Below are positions 24,882 to 32,015 of a DNA stretch of 40,449 nucleotides, one piece after another (position 1 is the first letter of the stretch; every line of letters starts with the position of its first letter). The stretch lies in the NCBI GenBank assembly GCA_946187025.1, contig CAMHPM010000001.1, forward strand, positions 1 to 40,449, given 5' to 3'. The notes beneath the pieces are model-generated. The model made no database searches, had not been told where the DNA came from, and was given only the letters and a program-made list of their open reading frames with translations. Made by a program: the position numbers and the translations under genes. The DNA comes from an uncultured Prevotellaceae bacterium (lineage in GTDB: Bacteria; Bacteroidota; Bacteroidia; Bacteroidales; Bacteroidaceae).

Positions 24882-25802
24882 TTATTCTTGCTTTGTCAGT
24901 TTAAGGTTGGCAGGGTAGAACTTGCCAGCCTTCAGAGTGGCAGAGGCAGTGCCGGTGTAGGTGCCTTCGCTGTTTTCCACGGAGAAAAAGATGTTATATC
25001 CTGAAACAGGGAAAAGCGCCACATACACACCGTCGGTGGTTTCAGCGTCGAGGGTGATGACAAGTGGCCCGTCCCAGTCTTTTTGGGCTGCGGGCACCAC
25101 TGCAACATCGCCGACAGATGGGGTCAGTGTGCCTGTTAGCGGATAATCAAGTAGTGATGGGCCATAGATTGCATCATCTTCATAATACCGAATGCTGAGC
25201 GACTTCACAGCAATGGGGTTGGTGCCATCGTTGAACTCAAACTTGGCTAACGCCAAAAGCGACTGCATCGACGATATGGAGGCATTGGCCGTAGTCTCTG
25301 TCACCGATGTCACCTTTCCCACGCCATATACATAGTGATAGCGTTGGGCCACATCGCCCAGTGTGCCTTTCTGCCCGCTCAGGCTGATGGTGAATTTCCC
25401 CCTGTTCTCGCCCGACATGATGGGGGCAGTAGCAGGGTAGAGCAGCGCTATGTTGTCGTTCACCGAGCATCTCACCGTGCCGGTAAATGCCGACGTGGCG
25501 GCCGACGAAGAGGCATATAGAGTGCCGTAGTCCATCACACCAGAGCCGAACGAACTCACGTTGAAGTATGTTGCCGCATCGCCTGCGTTCCAGCTGGCTC
25601 CCAGTGTACTTATGTTGTCCGTAAGCGTTGCCCTGGTGAGGGGCACGTCGGACACTGTCATCTGCAACAGCTTTCTACCGTCGCCCTGTTGTTCCACCCC
25701 CTCCGGTTCGTCATCGTCAGCCGAACAAGAAGTCTGTATACAGCCCAATGGCAAAAGGCAAAACACTATCATGATGCCTATCTGTAAATTTAGTTTTTTC
25801 AT
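24882..25802 (-). CDS. Surface-exposed lipoprotein, fimbrillin (FimA/Mfa)-like, co-transcribed with the giant gene
   Basis: 306-aa ORF. The signal peptide MKKLNLQIGIMIVFCLLPLGCIQTSC is followed by the acidic stretch SADDDEPEG, which resembles a Bacteroidetes lipoprotein surface-export signal. Strings such as DVPLTRATLTDN and SLLALAKFEF resemble fimbrillin-family proteins. It lies 19 nt upstream of the giant ORF. Confidence 0.6.
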   Translation of the reverse strand: MKKLNLQIGIMIVFCLLPLGCIQTSCSADDDEPEGVEQQGDGRKLLQMTVSDVPLTRATLTDNISTLGASWNAGDAATYFNVSSFGSGVMDYGTLYASSSAATSAFTGTVRCSVNDNIALLYPATAPIMSGENRGKFTISLSGQKGTLGDVAQRYHYVYGVGKVTSVTETTANASISSMQSLLALAKFEFNDGTNPIAVKSLSIRYYEDDAIYGPSLLDYPLTGTLTPSVGDVAVVPAAQKDWDGPLVITLDAETTDGVYVALFPVSGYNIFFSVENSEGTYTGTASATLKAGKFYPANLKLTKQE

Positions 25803-25816
25803 GGTTTCCTCCTTTT

Positions 25817-25981
25817 TTATCTACGTGAAAAGCCCCCTTCCTCGTCCTTGTCATATCCCGACATCGAGGAACGGACGCCGCGTGTCGGTTCTTCGCTCGT
25901 CATGAGCACACTCTGGTGGACAATCATGGTTGCCATCACCGATGGCTTGGCATACTGTTGTTTCTTGATGTTCTGTTTCAT
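25817..25981 (-). CDS. Candidate 54-aa small ORF heading the lipoprotein / giant-protein unit
   Basis: Hand translation gives MKQNIKKQQYAKPSVMATMIVHQSVLMTSEEPTRGVRSSMSGYDKDEEGGFSRR*. It falls below the 60-aa cutoff of the ORF track. It has an A-rich leader (aaaataatcacacaaaaaaaatagcaacattATG) and stops 14 nt before the lipoprotein ATG. Confidence 0.3.
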   Translation of the reverse strand: MKQNIKKQQYAKPSVMATMIVHQSVLMTSEEPTRGVRSSMSGYDKDEEGGFSRR

Positions 25982-26137
25982 AATGTTGCTATTTTTTTTG
26001 TGTGATTATTTTATAATGAGCACATGGCGCCGGCCTCACCTCCACCGTCACACCCCACCGGGGGATGCGCGCCGAGCATACACCGACACATGCAGCAATC
26101 ATCGCCATTGCTGCCATAAACGTCACATTCTGTGACG

Positions 26138-26173
26138 CAAAGGTAACTATTTATAACGAAAAACATGTTTTTC
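26138..26173 (-). promoter_or_regulatory. Candidate promoter (-7 box TACCTTTG) with an overlapping perfect 16-bp palindrome for the sORF-lipoprotein-giant unit
   Basis: The minus strand reads GAAAAACATGTTTTTCgttataaatagtTACCTTTGcgtcacagaatgtgac. The palindrome is at 26158-26173, the -7 box at 26138-26145 and a GTCACA/TGTGAC hairpin at 26122-26136. Confidence 0.35.
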
Positions 26174-26380
26174 AAAACAGAAAAAACGCACTTCCCCTTC
26201 GTTTTTTACTGACTTACACCCCTCCTTTTGCAGAATAACGCCGAAAACTTGTATGCCGACCACCGGGCACGCAGCGCAAGACTTCCCGTCGGCATCATGC
26301 TCCGTCCCCATCAGCTTCTTGCCAAAGCTTCCCCCCCCTCGTGCCCCTGTACGGTGGCATCGCATTGGCATTTTCTTGAT

Positions 26381-26424
26381 GACTGCGCACTCTCGGCTCT
26401 GCGACCGCGCACTCGCAGAACGCC
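26381..26424. repeat. 22-bp-period repeat (2 units), CGAGTGCG-core family
   Basis: gactgcgcactctcggctctgc (26381-26402) and gaccgcgcactcgcagaacgcc (26403-26424). Confidence 0.7.
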
Positions 26425-26581
26425 ACGAAAACACATGTTGACAAATCAGCTATAATATACATTATATAATGTGTATCGCAATGTTAGTTTCATCGGCCGG
26501 TTTTGCATGGATGTGGGCTTTATTTAACGGCCTTTACTCAAAAAAGTATATAAAATGTGGCCGTAATACAATAAAAATCTG

Positions 26582-26589
26582 TAACTTTG
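26582..26589 (+). promoter_or_regulatory. Bacteroidetes-type -7 box (TAACTTTG) upstream of pyrE
   Basis: ctgTAACTTTGccac matches TAnnTTTG, 64 nt upstream of the pyrE ATG (26653). Confidence 0.4.
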
Positions 26590-26652
26590 CCACATGGTTC
26601 AGGCATAAGAGCCTTTACCTGCAATTCAAGAACAAAAACAAAAGAAATACGT

Positions 26653-27288
26653 ATGTCAACTCTTCAGACTCTTTTTGCAGCTAAGCTGCTCGAGGTTAAA
26701 GCCATCAAGCTTCAACCCGCTAACCCCTTCACATGGGCATCGGGATGGAAATCTCCGTTTTACTGCGACAACCGCAAGACTCTGTCCTACCCCGCCCTGC
26801 GCAGTTTCGTCAAGACAGAACTCACTCGCCTCGTCATGGAAGAATTTCCCGAGGCAACAGCAGTGGCAGGCGTGGCAACCGGAGCCATAGCACAAGGAGC
26901 ACTGGTGGCCGACCAGCTGGGTATGCCCTTCGCCTATGTGCGCTCCAAACCCAAGGACCACGGAATGGGCAACCTCATCGAAGGCACCCTGCCCGAAGGC
27001 TCGAAAGTAGTGGTCGTAGAAGACCTCATATCCACTGGCGGCAGCAGCCTGAAAGCCGTAGAGGCACTGCGACAGGCAGGACTTGAGGTGGTGGGCATGG
27101 TGGCCAGCTACACCTACGGATTCCCGGTGGCAGAACAGGCATTCAAGGATGCAGGAGTGAGACTCGTCACCCTGACCAACTACGAAGCTGTGCTACAGGT
27201 GGCATTGCAGACTGGCTATATCTCGGCCGACCAGATACCGACTCTCAACGAGTGGCGCAGCAATCCGGCTGAGTGGAAGGGAAATTAA
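26653..27288 (+). CDS. pyrE: Orotate phosphoribosyltransferase
   Basis: 211 aa from the internal ATG of ORF 26587..27288. It starts MSTLQTLFAAKLLEVKAIKLQPANPFTWASGWKSPFYCDNRK and has the PRPP-binding loop VVVVEDLISTGGSS. Confidence 0.9.
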   Translation: MSTLQTLFAAKLLEVKAIKLQPANPFTWASGWKSPFYCDNRKTLSYPALRSFVKTELTRLVMEEFPEATAVAGVATGAIAQGALVADQLGMPFAYVRSKPKDHGMGNLIEGTLPEGSKVVVVEDLISTGGSSLKAVEALRQAGLEVVGMVASYTYGFPVAEQAFKDAGVRLVTLTNYEAVLQVALQTGYISADQIPTLNEWRSNPAEWKGN

Positions 27289-27348
27289 AAGGGAGTAGAA
27301 GGGAAGTTAAAGGGAAGTTAAAGGGAAGTTAAAAGGAAGTTAAAGGGG
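27277..27348 (+). repeat. GGGAAGTTAAAG 12-bp tandem word repeat at the 3' end of pyrE
   Basis: ggaagggaaattaaaagggagtagaagggaagttaaagggaagttaaagggaagttaaaaggaagttaaagggg. The same words occur in the same transcriptional orientation downstream of gcvPA (10588-10649). Confidence 0.8.
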
Positions 27349-27525
27349 CGTTTCGGCGAGACATACTATCTGGGTCATGATTGCAAGACCCTGCGAGAGG
27401 TGACACCCGAAGCAAGCGGCACGACGGTGATATATCAGAACCTCATTTTGAGGCTCCTTTCGACAGAAGGCGATATGAACGTGACTAGCCTCAAGATATA
27501 CGACGAAATAGAAAACCCGATAACC

Positions 27526-28314
27526 ATGACAGCCATTAAGAGTTTGAATAAGACAGCATCTATTGCACTTGCCATTATTTGTGTATCGGCATCGATGATA
27601 GCATGCAATGGCACGGGTAGCGGAGAAAATGGGAATATAAGTCAGTTGGTAATCATCGACACACTGCCCGGGGTGCGTATCTACACACCGCAGTTCAGCA
27701 GTATCGACTTGCGGTGCGGCACCATGCCCGACACGTCGGAACGGAACGTGGTGTTCTGTGCCGAAGCAGCTTTCACTCATGCCCTGCTCGACACATTCAG
27801 CCACTCAAACATCGACGGCAACCACGTGAGCGGCGGACAATGGTATGAAGGCGCCACATGCATTGAGACCCCCGAGCGAGTGGGCAACACGGGCGGATTC
27901 GTGTGGTACGACGGACAGTATGAGTTTCTGCCCGACACAGCGTCGGCCGAGGCAGCACTACGCCGTGCAGCCGAGGCGGGTGGTATGGGGTTCTGCCAGG
28001 AATACATCATTCACGAAGGACGCTACCAATCCAACACACGCACCGAAAACCAGAAGTTCAACCGCGTGGAGATGTATCGTGTGCTGGCTCTCATAGACGA
28101 CACACTGCGCATCGTTGAAAACACAGAGCCCATGCACTTCTCCGACTTCGTGCCCCTGCTGCTGAAAGCCCGGGTGATGGAAGCACTGTATATGGACATG
28201 GGTGCCGGATGGAACCACTCGTGGTATCGCACCGCTGACGGCACCGTACACGAGATTCACCCCACCGACTTCAAGTCGCAGTATTGCACCAACTGGATAA
28301 CATTCTACGAATAA
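27526..28314 (+). CDS. Lipoprotein of unknown function, possibly phosphodiester glycosidase / DUF2233-like
   Basis: 262 aa from the internal ATG of ORF 27400..28314. Signal peptide plus lipobox MTAIKSLNKTASIALAIICVSASMIAC|NG. The family call is tentative and rests on the strings GGFVWYDGQYEF and ALYMDMGAGWNHSWY. Confidence 0.6.
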   Translation: MTAIKSLNKTASIALAIICVSASMIACNGTGSGENGNISQLVIIDTLPGVRIYTPQFSSIDLRCGTMPDTSERNVVFCAEAAFTHALLDTFSHSNIDGNHVSGGQWYEGATCIETPERVGNTGGFVWYDGQYEFLPDTASAEAALRRAAEAGGMGFCQEYIIHEGRYQSNTRTENQKFNRVEMYRVLALIDDTLRIVENTEPMHFSDFVPLLLKARVMEALYMDMGAGWNHSWYRTADGTVHEIHPTDFKSQYCTNWITFYE

Positions 28315-28341
28315 TCAAAAGATAAGATAAGACAAGAAACA

Positions 28342-28812
28342 ATGAAGACTGAAAGCAACGTAAAGACAGTGATGGCACCGCAAGATGTGGTGTATGCACG
28401 GCTGTCGGACCTCACGAACGTGAGCAAAGTGCGCGAACGACTCGACGACCCTGACTTCCAGCAGCAGCTTAGCCAGCAGATGCCCGACGGACACAAGATT
28501 GACGAGATACGCGAGCGGCTCGACTCGATGCAGTTTGATGCCGACTCGGTGAGTATGAATGTGCCGCCGATTGGCAACGTAGCAATACGCATCATTGAGC
28601 GTGAACCCGAAAAGTGCATCAAGTTCGAATCGGTCAACTCGCCAATACACTTCTACCTGTGGATTCAACTACTGCCGCTCACCGACACATCGAGCAAGAT
28701 GCGACTCACGGTGGATGCCGACGTAAACCCATTCATGCGTATGATGGTAGAGAAACCGCTGAAAGACGGAGTGGAGAAACTGGCCGACATGCTGGCAAGC
28801 CTGCCATATTAA
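28342..28812 (+). CDS. Small cytoplasmic protein, SRPBCC-like (tentative)
   Basis: 156-aa ORF. The N-terminus MKTESNVKTVMAPQDVVYARLSDLTNV and its overall length fit the SRPBCC/CoxG-like pattern. It has no signal peptide. Confidence 0.5.
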   Translation: MKTESNVKTVMAPQDVVYARLSDLTNVSKVRERLDDPDFQQQLSQQMPDGHKIDEIRERLDSMQFDADSVSMNVPPIGNVAIRIIEREPEKCIKFESVNSPIHFYLWIQLLPLTDTSSKMRLTVDADVNPFMRMMVEKPLKDGVEKLADMLASLPY

Positions 28813-28817
28813 GAAAA

Positions 28818-28978
28818 GGAGACCCTCTCTCCAGCCCTCACCCGTCATCCCCCTGCGGGGGATTGATGGGGGACAAATCGGTTCTTCTCCCCCTCGCACT
28901 CCCCCAGGGGAGAGGGGGAGGGAGACCATCCAAATGATTCTCCTCACATAAAGGGGGGAGATGTCCGAAGGACAGAGA
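28818..28978. repeat. G/C-rich dispersed element, a copy in reverse orientation relative to 100-253
   Basis: ctccccctcgcactcccccaggggagaggggg (28887-28918) is the reverse complement of the core at 174-202. There is a hairpin ATCCCCCtgcGGGGGAT (28847-28863). The terminus gggagaccatccaaatg resembles the ccggatgg ends. Confidence 0.6.
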
Positions 28979-28980
28979 GG

Positions 28981-29002
28981 ATTCATTATTAATTATTCAT
29001 TA
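28981..29002 (+). repeat. AT-rich leader cassette 5' of argH
   Basis: ATTCATTATTAATTATTCATTA lies 8 nt upstream of the argH ATG and belongs to the same family as 12463-12503, 35991-36026 and 39018-39054. Confidence 0.8.
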
Positions 29003-29010
29003 GACCAAGA

Positions 29011-30345
29011 ATGAACAAGCTTTGGACAAAAAACGTAGAAATGACCGATGAAATCGAGCGTTTCACCGTAGGACACGACCGCGAAATGGACCTCTATCTC
29101 GCCCCTTACGACGTGCTTGGCTCGATGGCTCACATCACGATGTTGCAGAGCATCGGACTTCTTACCAAAGACGAACTCGACATCCTGCTCGCCGAACTGA
29201 AGCAGATATATGCCACAGCGGTGAGTGGAGAGTTTAAGATAGAAGACGGAGTTGAGGACGTGCACTCGCAAGTGGAGCTGATGCTCACACGGCGTCTGGG
29301 CGATGTAGGCAAGAAAATCCACTCAGGACGTTCACGGAACGACCAGGTATTGGTTGACCTGAAGCTCTACACACGCGACCAGTTGCACCAGATAGTACAA
29401 CTTACCGACGTGCTTTTCAGGCATCTCATTGCCAAGAGCGACGAGTGTAAAGACATCCTCATGCCGGGATATACCCACCTGCAGGTTGCCATGCCGTCAT
29501 CGTTTGGATTGTGGTTTGGGGCGTATGCTGAAAGCCTGGCCGATGACATGCAATACCTGCTGGCTGCATGGCGCATCACCAACCGCAACCCGCTGGGCTC
29601 GGCCGCAGGATATGGCAGTTCGTTCCCGCTCAACCGGCAGATGACTACTGACCTGTTGGGATTCGACTCGATGGACTACAACGTGGTTTATGCCCAGATG
29701 GGGCGTGGCAAGGTGGAGCGCAACGTGGCTTTTGCCATGGCTACCGTGGCCGGTACACTGGCCAAGCTGGCGTTCGATGCATGTATGTTCAACAGCCAGA
29801 ACTTTGCATTCGTGCGACTTCCCGACAACTGTACGACCGGTTCGAGCATCATGCCACACAAGAAAAATCCCGATGTATTTGAACTCACACGTGCAAAGTG
29901 CAACAAAATCCAGGCACTCCCACAGACGGTCATGATGATAATGAACAATCTGCCGTCGGGCTATTTCCGCGACTTGCAAATCATTAAGGAAGTGTTCCTG
30001 CCTGCATTCGACGAGCTGAAAGACTGTCTGCGCATGGCGGCATATATCATCGAGAAGATGAAAGTGAACGAGCATATACTCGACAACCACATATATGATA
30101 ACATGTTCAGTGTTGAGGAAGTAAACCGCCTTGCCGCTTCGGGTATGCCGTTCCGCGATGCTTACAAGAAGGTAGGGCTCGACATCGAAGCCGGCCGTTT
30201 CACCCCCGACCGCAACATACATCACACCCACGAAGGCAGCATAGGCAACCTGTGCAACGACCGCATAGTGGAACTGATGGAAAAGACCCTCAGTGAGTTT
30301 AACTTCAGCCGTGTTGACAATGCAATACAGACGCTCAGGCAATAG
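29011..30345 (+). CDS. argH: Argininosuccinate lyase
   Basis: 444-aa ORF with the fumarate-lyase signature GSSIMPHKKNPD and the typical ArgH N-terminus LWTKNVEMTDEIERFTVG. Confidence 0.92.
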   Translation: MNKLWTKNVEMTDEIERFTVGHDREMDLYLAPYDVLGSMAHITMLQSIGLLTKDELDILLAELKQIYATAVSGEFKIEDGVEDVHSQVELMLTRRLGDVGKKIHSGRSRNDQVLVDLKLYTRDQLHQIVQLTDVLFRHLIAKSDECKDILMPGYTHLQVAMPSSFGLWFGAYAESLADDMQYLLAAWRITNRNPLGSAAGYGSSFPLNRQMTTDLLGFDSMDYNVVYAQMGRGKVERNVAFAMATVAGTLAKLAFDACMFNSQNFAFVRLPDNCTTGSSIMPHKKNPDVFELTRAKCNKIQALPQTVMMIMNNLPSGYFRDLQIIKEVFLPAFDELKDCLRMAAYIIEKMKVNEHILDNHIYDNMFSVEEVNRLAASGMPFRDAYKKVGLDIEAGRFTPDRNIHHTHEGSIGNLCNDRIVELMEKTLSEFNFSRVDNAIQTLRQ

Positions 30346-31294
30346 CGGAGTGCAGCTGCCGGTGCTGAGTCTCGGCTTGTGGCACAACTTCGGAGGCATC
30401 GACAACTATGATGTCGCCCGCGACATGGTGGTCACCGCCTTCGACAGCGGCATCTGCCATTTCGACCTTGCAAACAACTACGGTCCGCCGCCAGGAAGTG
30501 CCGAGACTAACTTCGGAAGAATCATGCGTGAAGACCTCGGCAGCCATCGCGACGAGATGTTCATAGCATCGAAGGCTGGGCACGACATGTGGCCGGGCGT
30601 ATATGGCACCGGGTCGTCGCGTAAGAATCTCATGGCTTCGTGCGACCAAAGCCTGCGGCGCACTGGTTTGGACTATTTCGATGTGTTTTATTCGCATCGG
30701 TACGACCCCTCAACACCTGTGGAGGAGACCATGCAGGCCCTCATCGACATCGTGCGCCAGGGTAAGGCCCTGTATGCCGGCATATCGAAATATCCAGCCG
30801 ATAAGCAGCAAGAAGCCTATAACATACTGCGCGAAGCACATGTGCCGTGCCTTTTGTCACAGTATCGTTGTTCGATGTTCGACCTCAAGTCACGCCGCGA
30901 AAACTTCGATGTGGCTGCCGACAACGGGTCAGGCATAATATGTTTTTCACCCCTGGCCCAAGGTTTGCTCACCGGAAAATACTCGAACGGCATACCGGCC
31001 GACAGCCGTGCAGCCAAGGAGAGCGGATTCCTAAAGGTGTCGCAAGTGACCGAAGAGCGCATCGAAACAGCGAAAAAGCTCGATGAAATGGCTAAAAACC
31101 GACATCAGACACTCGCACAGATGGCACTTGCATGGGTGCTTGCCGACCGGCGTGTGACGTCGGTCATCATCGGTACGTCGTCGGTGGCTCAGCTCTTGAG
31201 CAACATCAACACACTTCAAAACCTCGATTTCACCGATGAAGAACTTGTTTTGATAGATGATATAATAAAAAGTCCGACGCTTTCGTTTTCATAA
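30320..31294 (+). CDS. Aldo/keto reductase (YghZ/Gpr-like)
   Basis: 324 aa from the internal ATG. It starts MQYRRSGNSGVQLPVLSLGLWHNFG and has FDLANNYG and GISKY blocks typical of this family. It overlaps the argH 3' end by 26 nt. Confidence 0.8.
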   Translation: MQYRRSGNSGVQLPVLSLGLWHNFGGIDNYDVARDMVVTAFDSGICHFDLANNYGPPPGSAETNFGRIMREDLGSHRDEMFIASKAGHDMWPGVYGTGSSRKNLMASCDQSLRRTGLDYFDVFYSHRYDPSTPVEETMQALIDIVRQGKALYAGISKYPADKQQEAYNILREAHVPCLLSQYRCSMFDLKSRRENFDVAADNGSGIICFSPLAQGLLTGKYSNGIPADSRAAKESGFLKVSQVTEERIETAKKLDEMAKNRHQTLAQMALAWVLADRRVTSVIIGTSSVAQLLSNINTLQNLDFTDEELVLIDDIIKSPTLSFS

Positions 31295-31336
31295 AAAAGT
31301 GAGGTATAAATCCAACATTAAACTACTACAATTTTC

Positions 31337-31876
31337 ATGAAAAGACCTGCATTGTTCATCCTACTATCTTTGCTGTTCACCGCTTGTTCCGACGAGGCGA
31401 CCAGCAGTTTCTCGACCAAATACCCCGTGAGGTTCTATTTCGAAGTGGCAAGCAGCACCGAGCTTTACAACGCGATGGGTAATCCCGGACAGTTTGTGAC
31501 GATACGTGGCATCAACGGCAAGATTCATATCGCCAACACCCTTGGCGGTACCGACTACCCGTTGTCGCAGATTGGTGCGCGCGAATTTGAATACGGCCTC
31601 GGAGGTCTCATCGTTGGTACCAGCTCCACACCCAACATACCGGGTGCCTTCGAATATGTGGCCTACGACCTTGCATGTCCGCGATGTGACCAGCAACGCT
31701 ATCGCCTCACCGTGAAAGACAATGGTACGGCCCTGTGTAATCATTGCGGCAACTCATACGATCTCAACAACTATGGGTGGATAATCACTACAAACAACAG
31801 CTCAGAGCAGCAGCGCGGACTCTACAGGTATCGCATCTCGTATAACGGCATGGCAATAAGCGTGAGCAACCGATAG
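31337..31876 (+). CDS. Lipoprotein with a Rieske-like fold signature carrying four Cys
   Basis: 179-aa ORF with lipobox MKRPALFILLSLLFTAC|SDE. In AYDLACPRCDQ..(17)..ALCNHCGNSYDL, the usual CxH...CxxH Rieske ligands are replaced by CxxC...CxxC. Confidence 0.6.
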   Translation: MKRPALFILLSLLFTACSDEATSSFSTKYPVRFYFEVASSTELYNAMGNPGQFVTIRGINGKIHIANTLGGTDYPLSQIGAREFEYGLGGLIVGTSSTPNIPGAFEYVAYDLACPRCDQQRYRLTVKDNGTALCNHCGNSYDLNNYGWIITTNNSSEQQRGLYRYRISYNGMAISVSNR

Positions 31877-31918
31877 CCAGGATTGACTGTAACCGGTGGA
31901 TAACCGTCTGAAAAAGAT

Positions 31919-32006
31919 GTTACAAAGACCTGAGCCCGATGCCGTAAAGGCAACGGACAATGGTTGTAAAGACCTGAACACAATGCCGTAAAGGCAACAA
32001 ACGTAT
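31919..32006 (+). repeat. 44-bp tandem duplication upstream of the flippase gene
   Basis: gttacaaagacctgagcccgatgccgtaaaggcaacggacaatg (31919-31962) and gttgtaaagacctgaacacaatgccgtaaaggcaacaaacgtat (31963-32006). Each unit holds a TGCCgtaaaGGCA mini-hairpin. Confidence 0.8.
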
Positions 32007-32015
32007 AGTTGAAAG

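Noticed and set aside
15389-26173. Diversity-generating retroelement or invertible-promoter (phase-variation) control of the giant surface protein.
   Set aside because: There is no reverse transcriptase, no template/variable repeat pair, no site-specific recombinase, and no inverted repeats flanking the candidate promoter. The only symmetric element there is a single 16-bp palindrome.
25848-26434. ORFs 25848..26135(+), 26147..26434(-), 26228..26455(+) and 26253..26441(+) in the 850-bp divergent spacer.
   Set aside because: They overlap the promoter, palindrome and repeat sequences, have Cys/His/Arg-rich odd composition, and their codon usage is unlike the neighbouring genes.
31895-31903. Near-consensus DnaA box ggtggataa (8/9 to TGTGGATAA), plus 7/9 matches at 33831-33839 and 33869-33877.
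   Set aside because: These are isolated single sites with no cluster of good boxes, which is insufficient to call an origin. The idea is kept only as a low-weight hypothesis in the findings.
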